A stretch of 64,000 nucleotides of DNA from Auanema rhodensis (lineage: Eukaryota; Animalia; Nematoda), in contig OZ059894.1 of the NCBI GenBank assembly GCA_964057225.1, positions 21,514,001 through 21,578,000 of the forward strand, written 5' to 3'. Under the pieces are notes generated by a model. The model saw only the letters and a list, made by a program, of their open reading frames with translations, ran no database searches and was not told the origin of the DNA. Positions 27,201 through 40,900 of this stretch are shown here, in pieces; the first letter of the stretch is position 1; each line of letters begins with the position of its first letter. The translations under genes were made by a program, and so were the position numbers.

Positions 27201-30200
27201 ACGAAAAAATTAATTCTTCAGGGTGAAAATCGAGGATATAAGTGTGAACTTATATCAGTTGATATCTCGGTGCATTTTTAAGCTAGCGCAAATCTGATAA
27301 CACAGATCGACGCAGCTTAAAAATCCGCATCGAATGCACTATACTACATTGAGAAACGCTTAATACAAAAATTAGTTATGATCGTTTGAAAAATGATGCA
27401 TTAGTGTATGTTGAGTTTCCATGTACACTCAACATTGCTTCCAAAAACATTTTGACAAAAATTTTTTCGAAAAATTTCAAAATAATTTAGCAAAAAGTAG
27501 ATGTTTTTAGATTCCTTTTTTCAAGGCAAAGACGATAGACAATGTTATTCAACGAAAAAATTAATTCTTCAGGGTGAAAATCGAGGATATAAGTGTGAAC
27601 TTATATCAGTTGATATCTCGGTGCATTTTTAAGCTAGCGCAAATCTGATAACACAGATCGACGCAGCTTAAAAATCCGCATCGAATGCACTATACTACAT
27701 TGAGAAACGCTCAATACAAAAATTAGTTATGATCGTTTGAAAAATGATGCATTAGTGTATGTTGAGTTTCCATGTACACTCAACATTGCTTCCAAAAACA
27801 TTTTGACAAAAATTTTTTCGAAAAATTTCAAAATAATTTAGCAAAAAGTAGATGTTTTTAGATTCCTTTTTTCAAGGCAAAGACGATAGACAATGTTATT
27901 CAACGAAAAAATTAATTCTTCAGGGTGAAAATCGAGGATATAAGTGTGAACTTATATCAGTTGATATCTCGGTGCATTTTTAAGCTAGCGCAAATCTGAT
28001 AACACAGATCGACGCAGCTTAAAAATCCGCATCGAATGCACTATACTACATTGAGAAACGCTCAATACAAAAATTAGTTATGATCGTTTGAAAAATGATG
28101 CATTAGTGTATGTTGAGTTTCCATGTACACTCAACATTGCTTCCAAAAACATTTTGACAAAAATTTTTTCGAAAAATTTCAAAATAATTTAGCAAAAAGT
28201 AGATGTTTTTAGATTCCTTTTTTCAAGGCAAAGACGATGGACAATGTTATTCAACGAAAAAATTAATTCTTCAGGGTGAAAATCGAGGATATAAGTGTGA
28301 ACTTATATCAGTTGATATCTCGGTGCATTTTTAAGCTAGCGCAAATCTGATAACACAGAACGACGCAGCTTAAAAATCCGCATCGAATGCACTATACTAC
28401 ATTGAAAAACGCTTAATACAAAAATTAGTTATGATCGTTTGAAAAATGATGCATTAGTGTATGTTGAGTTTCCATGTACACTCAACATTGCTTCCAAAAA
28501 CATTTTGACAAAAATTTTTTCGAAAAATTTCGAAATAATTTAGCAAAAAGTAGATGTTTTTAGATTCCATTTTTCAAGGCAAAGACGATGGACATTGTTA
28601 TTCGACGAAAAAATTAATTCTTCAGGGTGAAAATCGAGGATATAAGTGTGAACTTATATCAGTTGATATCTCGGTGCATTTTTAAGCTAGCGCAAATCTG
28701 ATAACACAGAACGACGCAGCTTAAAAATCCGCATCGAATGCACTATACTACATTGAGAAACGCTCAATACAAAAATTAGTTATGATCGTTTGAAAAATGA
28801 TGCATTAGTGTATGTTGAGTTTCCATGTACACTCAACATTGCTTCCAAAAACATTTTGACAAAAATTTTTTCGAAAAATTTCAAAATAATTTAGCAAAAA
28901 GTAGATGTTTTTAGATTCCTTTTTTCAAGGCAAAGACGATAGACAATGTTATTCAACGAAAAAATTAATTCTTCAGGGTGAAAATCGAGGATATAAGTGT
29001 GAACTTATATCAGTTGATATCTCGGTGCATTTTTAAGCTAGCGCAAATCTGATAACACAGATCGACGCAGCTTAAAAATCCGCATCGAATGCACTATACT
29101 ACATTGAGAAACGCTCAATACAAAAATTAGTTATGATCGTTTGAAAAATGATGCATTAGTGTATGTTGAGTTTCCATGTACACTCAACATTGCTTCCAAA
29201 AACATTTTGACAAAAATTTTTTCGAAAAATTTCAAAATAATTTAGCAAAAAGTAGATGTTTTTAGATTCCTTTTTTCAAGGCAAAGACGATGGACAATGT
29301 TATTCAACGAAAAAATTAATTCTTCAGGGTGAAAATCGAGGATATAAGTGTGAACTTATATCAGTTGATATCTCGGTGCATTTTTAAGCTAGCGCAAATC
29401 TGATAACACAGAACGACGCAGCTTAAAAATCCGCATCGAATGCACTATACTACATTGAAAAACGCTTAATACAAAAATTAGTTATGATCGTTTGAAAAAT
29501 GATGCATTAGTGTATGTTGAGTTTCCATGTACACTCAACATTGCTTCCAAAAACATTTTGACAAAAATTTTTTCGAAAAATTTCGAAATAATTTAGCAAA
29601 AAGTAGATGTTTTTAGATTCCATTTTTCAAGGCAAAGACGATGGACATTGTTATTCGACGAAAAAATTAATTCTTCAGGGTGAAAATCGAGGATATAAGT
29701 GTGAACTTATATCAGTTGATATCTCGGTGCATTTTTAAGCTAGCGCAAATCTGATAACACAGAACGACGCAGCTTAAAAATCCGCATCGAATGCACTATA
29801 CTACATTGAAAAACGCTTAATACAAAAATTAGTTATGATCGTTTGAAAAATGATGCATTAGTGTATGTTGAGTTTCCATGTACACTCAACATTGCTTCCA
29901 AAAACATTTTGACAAAAATTTTTTCGAGAAATTTCAAAATAATTTAGCAAAAAGTAGATGTTTTTAGATTCCTTTTTTCAAGGCAAAGACGATGGACAAT
30001 GTTATTCAACGAAAAAATTAATTCTTCAGGGTGAAAATCGAGGATATAAGTGTGAACTTATATCAGTTGATATCTCGGTGCATTTTTAAGCTAGCGCAAA
30101 TCTGATAACACAGAACGACGCAGCTTAAAAATCCGCATCGAATGCACTATACTACATTGAGAAACGCTCAATACAAAAATTAGTTATGATCGTTTGAAAA

Positions 30201-32039
30201 ATGATGCATTAGTGTATGTTGAGTTTCCATGTACACTCAACATTGCTTCCAAAAACATTTTGACAAAAATTTTTTCGAAAAATTTCAAAATAATTTAGCA
30301 AAAAGTAGATGTTTTTAGATTCCTTTTTTCAAGGCAAAGACGATGGACAATGTTATTCAACGAAAAAATTAATTCTTCAGGGTGAAAATCGAGGATATAA
30401 GTGTGAACTTATATCAGTTGATATCTCGGTGCATTTTTAAGCTAGCGCAAATCTGATAACACAGAACGACGCAGCTTAAAAATCCGCATCGAATGCACTA
30501 TACTACATTGAAAAACGCTTAATACAAAAATTAGTTATGATCGTTTGAAAAATGATGCATTAGTGTATGTTGAGTTTCCATGTACACTCAACATTGCTTC
30601 CAAAAACATTTTGACAAAAATTTTTTCGAAAAATTTCGAAATAATTTAGCAAAAAGTAGATGTTTTTAGATTCCATTTTTCAAGGCAAAGACGATGGACA
30701 TTGTTATTCGACGAAAAAATTAATTCTTCAGGGTGAAAATCGAGGATATAAGTGTGAACTTATATCAGTTGATATCTCGGTGCATTTTTAAGCTAGCGCA
30801 AATCTGATAACACAGAACGACGCAGCTTAAAAATTCGCATCGAATGCACTATACTACATTGAAAAACGCTTAATACAAAAATTAGTTATGATCGTTTGAA
30901 AAATGATGCATTAGTGTATGTTGAGTTTCCATGTACACTCAACATTGCTTCCAAAAACATTTTGACAAAAATTTTTTCGAGAAATTTCAAAATAATTTAG
31001 CAAAAAGTAGATGTTTTTAGATTCCTTTTTTCAAGGCAAAGACGATGGACAATGTTATTCAACGAAAAAATTAATTCTTCAGGGTGAAAATCGAGGATAT
31101 AAGTGTGAACTTATATCAGTTGATATCTCGGTGCATTTTTAAGCTAGCGCAAATCTGATAACACAGAACGACGCAGCTTAAAAATCCGCATCGAATGCAC
31201 TATACTACATTGAAAAACGCTTAATACAAAAATTAGTTATGATCGTTTGAAAAATGATGCATTAGTGTATGTTGAGTTTCCATGTACACTCAACATTGCT
31301 TCCAAAAACATTTTGACAAAAATTTTTTTGAAAAATTTCAAAATAATTTAGCAAAAAGTAGATGTTTTTAGATTCCTTTTTTCAAGGCAAAGACGATGGA
31401 CAATGTTATTCAACGAAAAAATTAATTCTTCAGGGTGAAAATCGAGGATATAAGTGTGAACTTATATCAGTTGATATCTCGGTGCATTTTTAAGCTAGCG
31501 CAAATCTGATAACACAGAACGACGCAGCTTAAAAATCCGCATCGAATGCACTATACTACATTGAGAAACGCTTAATACAAAAATTAGTTATGATCGTTTG
31601 AAAAATGATGCATTAGTGTATGTTGAGTTTCCATGTACACTCAACATTGCTTCCAAAAACATTTTGACAAAAATTTTTTCGAGAAATTTCAAAATAATTT
31701 AGCAAAAAGTAGATGTTTTTAGATTCCTTTTTTCAAGGCAAAGACGATGGACAATGTTATTCAACGAAAAAATTAATTCTTCAGGGTGAAAATCGAGGAT
31801 ATAAGTGTGAACTTATATCAGTTGATATCTCGGTGCATTTTTAAGCTAGCGCAAATCTGATAACACAGATCGACGCAGCTTAAAAATCCGCATCGAATGC
31901 ACTATACTACATTGAGAAACGCTTAATACAAAATTAGTTATGATCGTTTGAAAAATGATGCATTAGTGTATGTTGAGTTTCCATGTACACTCAACATTGC
32001 TTCCAAAAACATTTTGACAAAAATTTTTTCGAAAAATTT

Positions 32040-35000
32040 CAAAATAATTTAGCAAAAAGTAGATGTTTTTAGATTCCTTTTTTCAAGGCAAAGACGATGG
32101 ACAATGTTATTCAACGAAAAAATTAATTCTTCAGGGTGAAAATCGAGGATATAAGTGTGAACTTATATCAGTTGATATCTCGGTGCATTTTTAAGCTAGC
32201 GCAAATCTGATAACACAGATCGACGCAGCTTAAAAATCCGCATTGAATGCACTATACTACATTGAGAAACGCTCAATACAAAAATTAGTTATGATCGTTT
32301 GAAAAATGATGCATTAGTGTATGTTGAGTTTCCATGTACACTCAACATTGCTTCCAAAAACATTTTGACAAAAATTTTTTCGAGAAATTTCAAAATAATT
32401 TAGCAAAAAGTAGATGTTTTTAGATTCCTTTTTTCAAGGCAAAGACGATGGACAATGTTATTCAACGAAAAAATTAATTCTTCAGGGTGAAAATCGAGGA
32501 TATAAGTGTGAACTTATATCAGTTGATATCTCGGTGCATTTTTAAGCTAGCGCAAATCTGATAACACAGATCGACGCAGCTTAAAAATCCGCATCGAATG
32601 CACTATACTACATTGAGAAACGCTTAATACAAAAATTAGTTATGATCGTTTGAAAAATGATGCATTAGTGTATGTTGAGTTTCCATGTACACTCAACATT
32701 GCTTCCAAAAACATTTTGACAAAAATTTTTTCGAAAAATTTCAAAATAATTTAGCAAAAAGTAGATGTTTTTAGATTCCTTTTTTCAAGGCAAAGACGAT
32801 AGACAATGTTATTCAACGAAAAAATTAATTCTTCAGGGTGAAAATCGAGGATATAAGTGTGAACTTATATCAGTTGATATCTCGGTGCATTTTTAAGCTA
32901 GCGCAAATCTGATAACACAGATCGACGCAGCTTAAAAATCCGCATCGAATGCACTATACTACATTGAGAAACGCTCAATACAAAAATTAGTTATGATCGT
33001 TTGAAAAATGATGCATTAGTGTATGTTGAGTTTCCATGTACACTCAACATTGCTTCCAAAAACATTTTGACAAAAATTTTTTCGAAAAATTTCAAAATAA
33101 TTTAGCAAAAAGTAGATGTTTTTAGATTCCTTTTTTCAAGGCAAAGACGATGGACAATGTTATTCAACGAAAAAATTAATTCTTCAGGGTGAAAATCGAG
33201 GATATAAGTGTGAACTTATATCAGTTGATATCTCGGTGCATTTTTAAGCTAGCGCAAATCTGATAACACAGATCGACGCAGCTTAAAAATCCGCATCGAA
33301 TGCACTATACTACATTGAGAAACGCTTAATACAAAAATTAGTTATGATCGTTTGAAAAATGATGCATTAGTGTATGTTGAGTTTCCATGTACACTCAACA
33401 TTGCTTCCAAAAACATTTTGACAAAAATTTTTTCGAAAAATTTCAAAATAATTTAGCAAAAAGTAGATGTTTTTAGATTCCTTTTTTCAAGGCAAAGACG
33501 ATAGACAATGTTATTCAACGAAAAAATTAATTCTTCAGGGTGAAAATCGAGGATATAAGTGTGAACTTATATCAGTTGATATCTCGGTGCATTTTTAAGC
33601 TAGCGCAAATCTGATAACACAGATCGACGCAGCTTAAAAATCCGCATCGAATGCACTATACTACATTGAGAAACGCTCAATACAAAAATTAGTTATGATC
33701 GTTTGAAAAATGATGCATTAGTGTATGTTGAGTTTCCATGTACACTCAACATTGCTTCCAAAAACATTTTGACAAAAATTTTTTCGAAAAATTTCGAAAT
33801 AATTTAGCAAAAAGTAGATGTTTTTAGATTCCATTTTTCAAGGCAAAGACGATGGACATTGTTATTCGACGAAAAAATTAATTCTTCAGGGTGAAAATCG
33901 AGGATATAAGTGTGAACTTATATCAGTTGATATCTCGGTGCATTTTTAAGCTAGCGCAAATCTGATAACACAGAACGACGCAGCTTAAAAATTCGCATCG
34001 AATGCACTATACTACATTGAAAAACGCTTAATACAAAAATTAGTTATGATCGTTTGAAAAATGATGCATTAGTGTATGTTGAGTTTCCATGTACACTCAA
34101 CATTGCTTCCAAAAACATTTTGACAAAAATTTTTTCGAGAAATTTCAAAATAATTTAGCAAAAAGTAGATGTTTTTAGATTCCTTTTTTCAAGGCAAAGA
34201 CGATGGACAATGTTATTCAACGAAAAAATTAATTCTTCAGGGTGAAAATCGAGGATATAAGTGTGAACTTATATCAGTTGATATCTCGGTGCATTTTTAA
34301 GCTAGCGCAAATCTGATAACACAGATCGACGCAGCTTAAAAATCCGCATCGAATGCACTATACTACATTGAGAAACGCTTAATACAAAAATTAGTTATGA
34401 TCGTTTGAAAAATGATGCATTAGTGTATGTTGAGTTTCCATGTACACTCAACATTGCTTCCAAAAACATTTTGACAAAAATTTTTTCGAGAAATTTCAAA
34501 ATAATTTAGCAAAAAGTAGATGTTTTTAGATTCCTTTTTTCAAGGCAAAGACGATGGACAATGTTATTCAACGAAAAAATTAATTCTTCAGGGTGAAAAT
34601 CGAGGATATAAGTGTGAACTTATATCAGTTGATATCTCGGTGCATTTTTAAGCTAGCGCAAATCTGATAACACAGATCGACGCAGCTTAAAAATCCGCAT
34701 TGAATGCACTATACTACATTGAGAAACGCTCAATACAAAAATTAGTTATGATCGTTTGAAAAATGATGCATTAGTGTATGTTGAGTTTCCATGTACACTC
34801 AACATTGCTTCCAAAAACATTTTGACAAAAATTTTTTCGAGAAATTTCAAAATAATTTAGCAAAAAGTAGATGTTTTTAGATTCCTTTTTTCAAGGCAAA
34901 GACGATGGACAATGTTATTCAACGAAAAAATTAATTCTTCAGGGTGAAAATCGAGGATATAAGTGTGAACTTATATCAGTTGATATCTCGGTGCATTTTT

Positions 35001-36950
35001 AAGCTAGCGCAAATCTGATAACACAGATCGACGCAGCTTAAAAATCCGCATCGAATGCACTATACTACATTGAGAAACGCTTAATACAAAAATTAGTTAT
35101 GATCGTTTGAAAAATGATGCATTAGTGTATGTTGAGTTTCCATGTACACTCAACATTGCTTCCAAAAACATTTTGACAAAAATTTTTTCGAAAAATTTCA
35201 AAATAATTTAGCAAAAAGTAGATGTTTTTAGATTCCTTTTTTCAAGGCAAAGACGATAGACAATGTTATTCAACGAAAAAATTAATTCTTCAGGGTGAAA
35301 ATCGAGGATATAAGTGTGAACTTATATCAGTTGATATCTCGGTGCATTTTTAAGCTAGCGCAAATCTGATAACACAGATCGACGCAGCTTAAAAATCCGC
35401 ATCGAATGCACTATACTACATTGAGAAACGCTCAATACAAAAATTAGTTATGATCGTTTGAAAAATGATGCATTAGTGTATGTTGAGTTTCCATGTACAC
35501 TCAACATTGCTTCCAAAAACATTTTGACAAAAATTTTTTCGAAAAATTTCAAAATAATTTAGCAAAAAGTAGATGTTTTTAGATTCCTTTTTTCAAGGCA
35601 AAGACGATGGACAATGTTATTCAACGAAAAAATTAATTCTTCAGGGTGAAAATCGAGGATATAAGTGTGAACTTATATCAGTTGATATCTCGGTGCATTT
35701 TTAAGCTAGCGCAAATCTGATAACACAGATCGACGCAGCTTAAAAATCCGCATCGAATGCACTATACTACATTGAGAAACGCTTAATACAAAAATTAGTT
35801 ATGATCGTTTGAAAAATGATGCATTAGTGTATGTTGAGTTTCCATGTACACTCAACATTGCTTCCAAAAACATTTTGACAAAAATTTTTTCGAAAAATTT
35901 CAAAATAATTTAGCAAAAAGTAGATGTTTTTAGATTCCTTTTTTCAAGGCAAAGACGATAGACAATGTTATTCAACGAAAAAATTAATTCTTCAGGGTGA
36001 AAATCGAGGATATAAGTGTGAACTTATATCAGTTGATATCTCGGTGCATTTTTAAGCTAGCGCAAATCTGATAACACAGATCGACGCAGCTTAAAAATCC
36101 GCATCGAATGCACTATACTACATTGAGAAACGCTCAATACAAAAATTAGTTATGATCGTTTGAAAAATGATGCATTAGTGTATGTTGAGTTTCCATGTAC
36201 ACTCAACATTGCTTCCAAAAACATTTTGACAAAAATTTTTTCGAAAAATTTCGAAATAATTTAGCAAAAAGTAGATGTTTTTAGATTCCATTTTTCAAGG
36301 CAAAGACGATGGACATTGTTATTCGACGAAAAAATTAATTCTTCAGGGTGAAAATCGAGGATATAAGTGTGAACTTATATCAGTTGATATCTCGGTGCAT
36401 TTTTAAGCTAGCGCAAATCTGATAACACAGAACGACGCAGCTTAAAAATTCGCATCGAATGCACTATACTACATTGAAAAACGCTTAATACAAAAATTAG
36501 TTATGATCGTTTGAAAAATGATGCATTAGTGTATGTTGAGTTTCCATGTACACTCAACATTGCTTCCAAAAACATTTTGACAAAAATTTTTTCGAGAAAT
36601 TTCAAAATAATTTAGCAAAAAGTAGATGTTTTTAGATTCCTTTTTTCAAGGCAAAGACGATGGACAATGTTATTCAACGAAAAAATTAATTCTTCAGGGT
36701 GAAAATCGAGGATATAAGTGTGAACTTATATCAGTTGATATCTCGGTGCATTTTTAAGCTAGCGCAAATCTGATAACACAGATCGACGCAGCTTAAAAAT
36801 CCGCATCGAATGCACTATACTACATTGAGAAACGCTTAATACAAAAATTAGTTATGATCGTTTGAAAAATGATGCATTAGTGTATGTTGAGTTTCCATGT
36901 ACACTCAACATTGCTTCCAAAAACATTTTGACAAAAATTTTTTCGAGAAA
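32040..36950 (+). repeat. Tandem duplication of a 7-monomer block (2457 bp); ends approximate
   Basis: Private GCATTGAATG variant at 32244 and 34701, and TTCGAC variant at 33868 and 36325. Both pairs are spaced 2457 = 7x351. Confidence 0.85.
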
Positions 36951-37874
36951 TTTCAAAATAATTTAGCAAAAAGTAGATGTTTTTAGATTCCTTTTTTCAA
37001 GGCAAAGACGATGGACAATGTTATTCAACGAAAAAATTAATTCTTCAGGGTGAAAATCGAGGATATAAGTGTGAACTTATATCAGTTGATATCTCGGTGC
37101 ATTTTTAAGCTAGCGCAAATCTGATAACACAGATCGACGCAGCTTAAAAATCCGCATCGAATGCACTATACTACATTGAGAAACGCTTAATACAAAAATT
37201 AGTTATGATCGTTTGAAAAATGATGCATTAGTGTATGTTGAGTTTCCATGTACACTCAACATTGCTTCCAAAAACATTTTGACAAAAATTTTTTCGAAAA
37301 ATTTCAAAATAATTTAGCAAAAAGTAGATGTTTTTAGATTCCTTTTTTCAAGGCAAAGACGATAGACAATGTTATTCAACGAAAAAATTAATTCTTCAGG
37401 GTGAAAATCGAGGATATAAGTGTGAACTTATATCAGTTGATATCTCGGTGCATTTTTAAGCTAGCGCAAATCTGATAACACAGATCGACGCAGCTTAAAA
37501 ATCCGCATCGAATGCACTATACTACATTGAGAAACGCTTAGTACAAAAATTAGTTATGATCGTTTGAAAAATGATGCATTAGTGTATGTTGAGTTTCCAT
37601 GTACACTCAACATTGCTTCCAAAATCATTTTGACAAAAATTTTTTCGAAAAATTTCAAAATAATTTAGCAAAAAGTAGATGTTTTTAGATTCCTTCTTTT
37701 CAAGGCAAAGACGATAGACAATGTTATTCAACGAAAAAATTAATTCTTCAGGGTGAAAATCGAGGATATAAGTGTGAACTTATATCAGTTGATATCTCGG
37801 TGCATTTTTAAGCTAGCGCAAATCTGATAACACATATCGACGCAGCTTAAAAATCCGCATCGAATGCACTATAC

Positions 37875-37990
37875 TGTACACTCAACATTGCTTCCAAAAA
37901 CATTTTGACAAAAATTTTTTCGAAAAATTTCAAAATAATTTAGCAAAAAGTAGATGTTTTTAGATTCCATTTTTCAAGGCAAAGACGATG
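37875..37990. other. Compound inversion junction: 77-bp deletion-type breakpoint, 115-bp fragment (monomer 41-155) and strand-switch breakpoint
   Basis: GCACTATACT|GTACACTC at 37875/37876 joins monomer position 314 to position 41, skipping 37+40 nt with a shared T. AAAGACG-ATG-TTTTTGGAAG at 37988-37990 joins forward position 155 to reverse position 68 through a shared ATG. Confidence 0.95.
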
Positions 37991-40900
37991 TTTTTGGAAG
38001 CAATGTTGAGTGTACATGGAAACTCAACATACACTAATGCATCATTTTTCAAACGATCATAACTAATTTTTGTATTAAGCGTTTCTCAATGTAGTATAGT
38101 GCATTCGATGCGGATTTTTAAGCTGCGTCGATCTGTGTTATCAGATTTGCGCTAGCTTAAAAATGCACCGAGATATCAACTGATATAAGTTCACACTTAT
38201 ATCCTCGATTTTCACCCTGAAGAATTAATTTTTTCGTTGAATAACATTGTCCATCGTCTTTGCCTTGAAAAATGGAATCTAAAAACATCTACTTTTTGCT
38301 AAATTATTTTGAAATTTTTCGAAAAAATTTTTGTCAAAATGTTTTTGGAAGCAATGTTGAGTGTACATGGAAACTCAACATACACTAATGCATCATTTTT
38401 CGAACGATCATAACTAATTTTTGTATTAAGCGTTTTTCAATGTAGTATAGTGCATTCGATGCGGATTTTTAAGCTGCGTCGATCTGTGTTATCAGATTTG
38501 CGCTAGCTTAAAAATGCACCGAGATATCAACTGATATAAGTTCACACTTATATCCTCGATTTTCACCCTGAAGAATTAATTTTTTCGTTGAATAACATTG
38601 TCCATCGTCTTTGCATTGAAAAATGGAATCTAAAAACATCTACTTTTTGCTAAATTATTTTGAAATTTTTCGAAAAAATTTTTGTCAAAATGTTTTTGGA
38701 AGCAATGTTGAGTGTACATGGAAACTCAACATACACTAATGCATCATTTTTCAAACGATCATAACTAATTTTTGTATTAAGCGTTTCTCAATGTAGTATA
38801 GTGCATTCGATGCGGATTTTTAAGCTGCGTCGATCTGTGTTATCAGATTTGCGCTAGCTTAAAAATGCACCGAGATATCAACTGATATAAGTTCACACTT
38901 ATATCCTCGATTTTCACCCTGAAGAATTGATTTTTTCGTTGAATAACATTGACCATCGTCTTTGCCTTGAAAAAAGGAATCTAAAAACATCTACTTTTTG
39001 CTAAATTATTCTGAAATGTTTCGAAAAAATTTTTGTCAAAATGTTTTTGGAAGCAATGTTGAGTGTACATGGAAACTCAACATACACTAATGCATCATTT
39101 TTCAAACGATCATAACTAATTTTTGTATTAAGCGTTTCTCAATGTAGTATAGTGCATTCGATGCGGATTTTTAAGCTGCGTCGATCTGTGTTATCAGATT
39201 TGCGCTAGCTTAAAAACGCACCGAGATATCAACTGATATAAGTTCACACTTATATCCTCGATTTTCACCCTGAAGAATTAATTTTTTCGTTGAATAACAT
39301 TGTCCATCGTCTTTGCCTTGAAAAAAGGAATCTAAAAACATCTACTTTTTGCTAAATTATTTCGAAATTCCTCGAAAAAATTTTTGTCAAAATGTTTTTG
39401 GAAGCAATGTTGAGTGTACATGGAAACTCAACATACACTAATGCATCATTTTTCAAACGATCATAACTAATTTTGTATTAAGCGTTTCTCAATGTAGTAT
39501 AGTGCATTCGATGCGGATTTTTAAGCTGCGTCGATCTGTGTTATCAGATTTGCGCTAGCTTAAAAATGCACCGAGATATCAACTGATATAAGTTCACACT
39601 TATATCCTCGATTTTCACCCTGAAGAATTAATTTTTTCGTTGAATAACATTGTCCATCGTCTTTGCCTTGAAAAAAGGAATCTAAAAACATCTACTTTTT
39701 GCTAAATTATTCTGAAATTTTTCGAAAAAATTTTTGTCAAAATGTTTTTGGAAGCAATGTTGAGTGTACATGGAAACTCAACATACACTAATGCATCATT
39801 TTTCAAACGATCATAACTAATTTTTGTATTGAGCGTTTCTCAATGTAGTATAGTGCATTCGATGCGGATTTTTAAGCTGCGTTGATCTGTGTTATCAGAT
39901 TTGCGCTAGCTTAAAAATGCACCGAGATATCAACTGATATAAGTTCACACTTATATCCTCGATTTTCACCCTGAAGAATTAATTTTTTCGTCGAATAACA
40001 TTGTCCATCGTCTTTGCCTTGAAAAAAGGAATCTAAAAACATCTACTTTTTGCTAAATTATTTTGAATTTTTTCGAAAAAATTTTTGTCAAAATGTTTTT
40101 GGAAGCAATGTTGAGTGTACATGGAAACTCAACATACACTAATGCATCATTTTTCAAACGATCATAACTAATTTTTGTATTAAGCGTTTCTCAATGTAGT
40201 ATAGTGCATTCGATGCGGATTTTTAAGCTGCGTCGATCTGTGTTATCAGATTTGCGCTAGCTTAAAAATGCACCGAGATATCAACTGATATAAGTTCACA
40301 CTTATATCCTCGATTTTCACCCTGAAGAATTGATTTTTTCGTTGAATAACATTGACCATCGTCTTTGCCTTGAAAAAAGGAATCTAAAAACATCTACTTT
40401 TTGCTAAATTATTCTGAAATGTTTCGAAAAAATTTTTGTCAAAATGTTTTTGGAAGCAATGTTGAGTGTACATGGAAACTCAACATACACTAATGCATCA
40501 TTTTTCAAACGATCATAACTAATTTTTGTATTAAGCGTTTCTCAATGTAGTATAGTGCATTCGATGCGGATTTTTAAGCTGCGTCGATCTGTGTTATCAG
40601 ATTTGCGCTAGCTTAAAAATGCACCGAGATATCAACTGATATAAGTTCACACTTATATCCTCGATTTTCACCCTGAAGAATTAATTTTTTCGTTGAATAA
40701 CATTGTCCATCGTCTTTGCATTAAAAAATGGAATCTAAAAACATCTACTTTTTGCTAAATTATTCTGAAATGTTTCGAAAAAATTTTTGTCAAAATGTTT
40801 TTGGAAGCAATGTTGAGTGTACATGGAAACTCAACATACACTAATGCATCATTTTTCAAACGATCATAACTAATTTTTGTATTAAGCGTTTCTCAATGTA

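Larger units (their letters stand above)
1..37875 (+). repeat. Forward-orientation arm: 107 full monomers plus a truncated 108th (37561-37875)
   Basis: 37560 = 107x351 + 5 single-base insertions (838, 4349, 7860, 9967, 16988) - 2 single-base deletions (near 23160 and 31932), so the arithmetic closes exactly. The strand label is arbitrary and defined by copy 1. Confidence 0.97.

Noticed and set aside
37875-38400. Inversion as a read fold-back artefact or a transposon-mediated event
   Set aside because: The arms carry different SNP sets rather than mirrored ones, and there is no foreign sequence or target-site duplication. Read-level confirmation is still needed.
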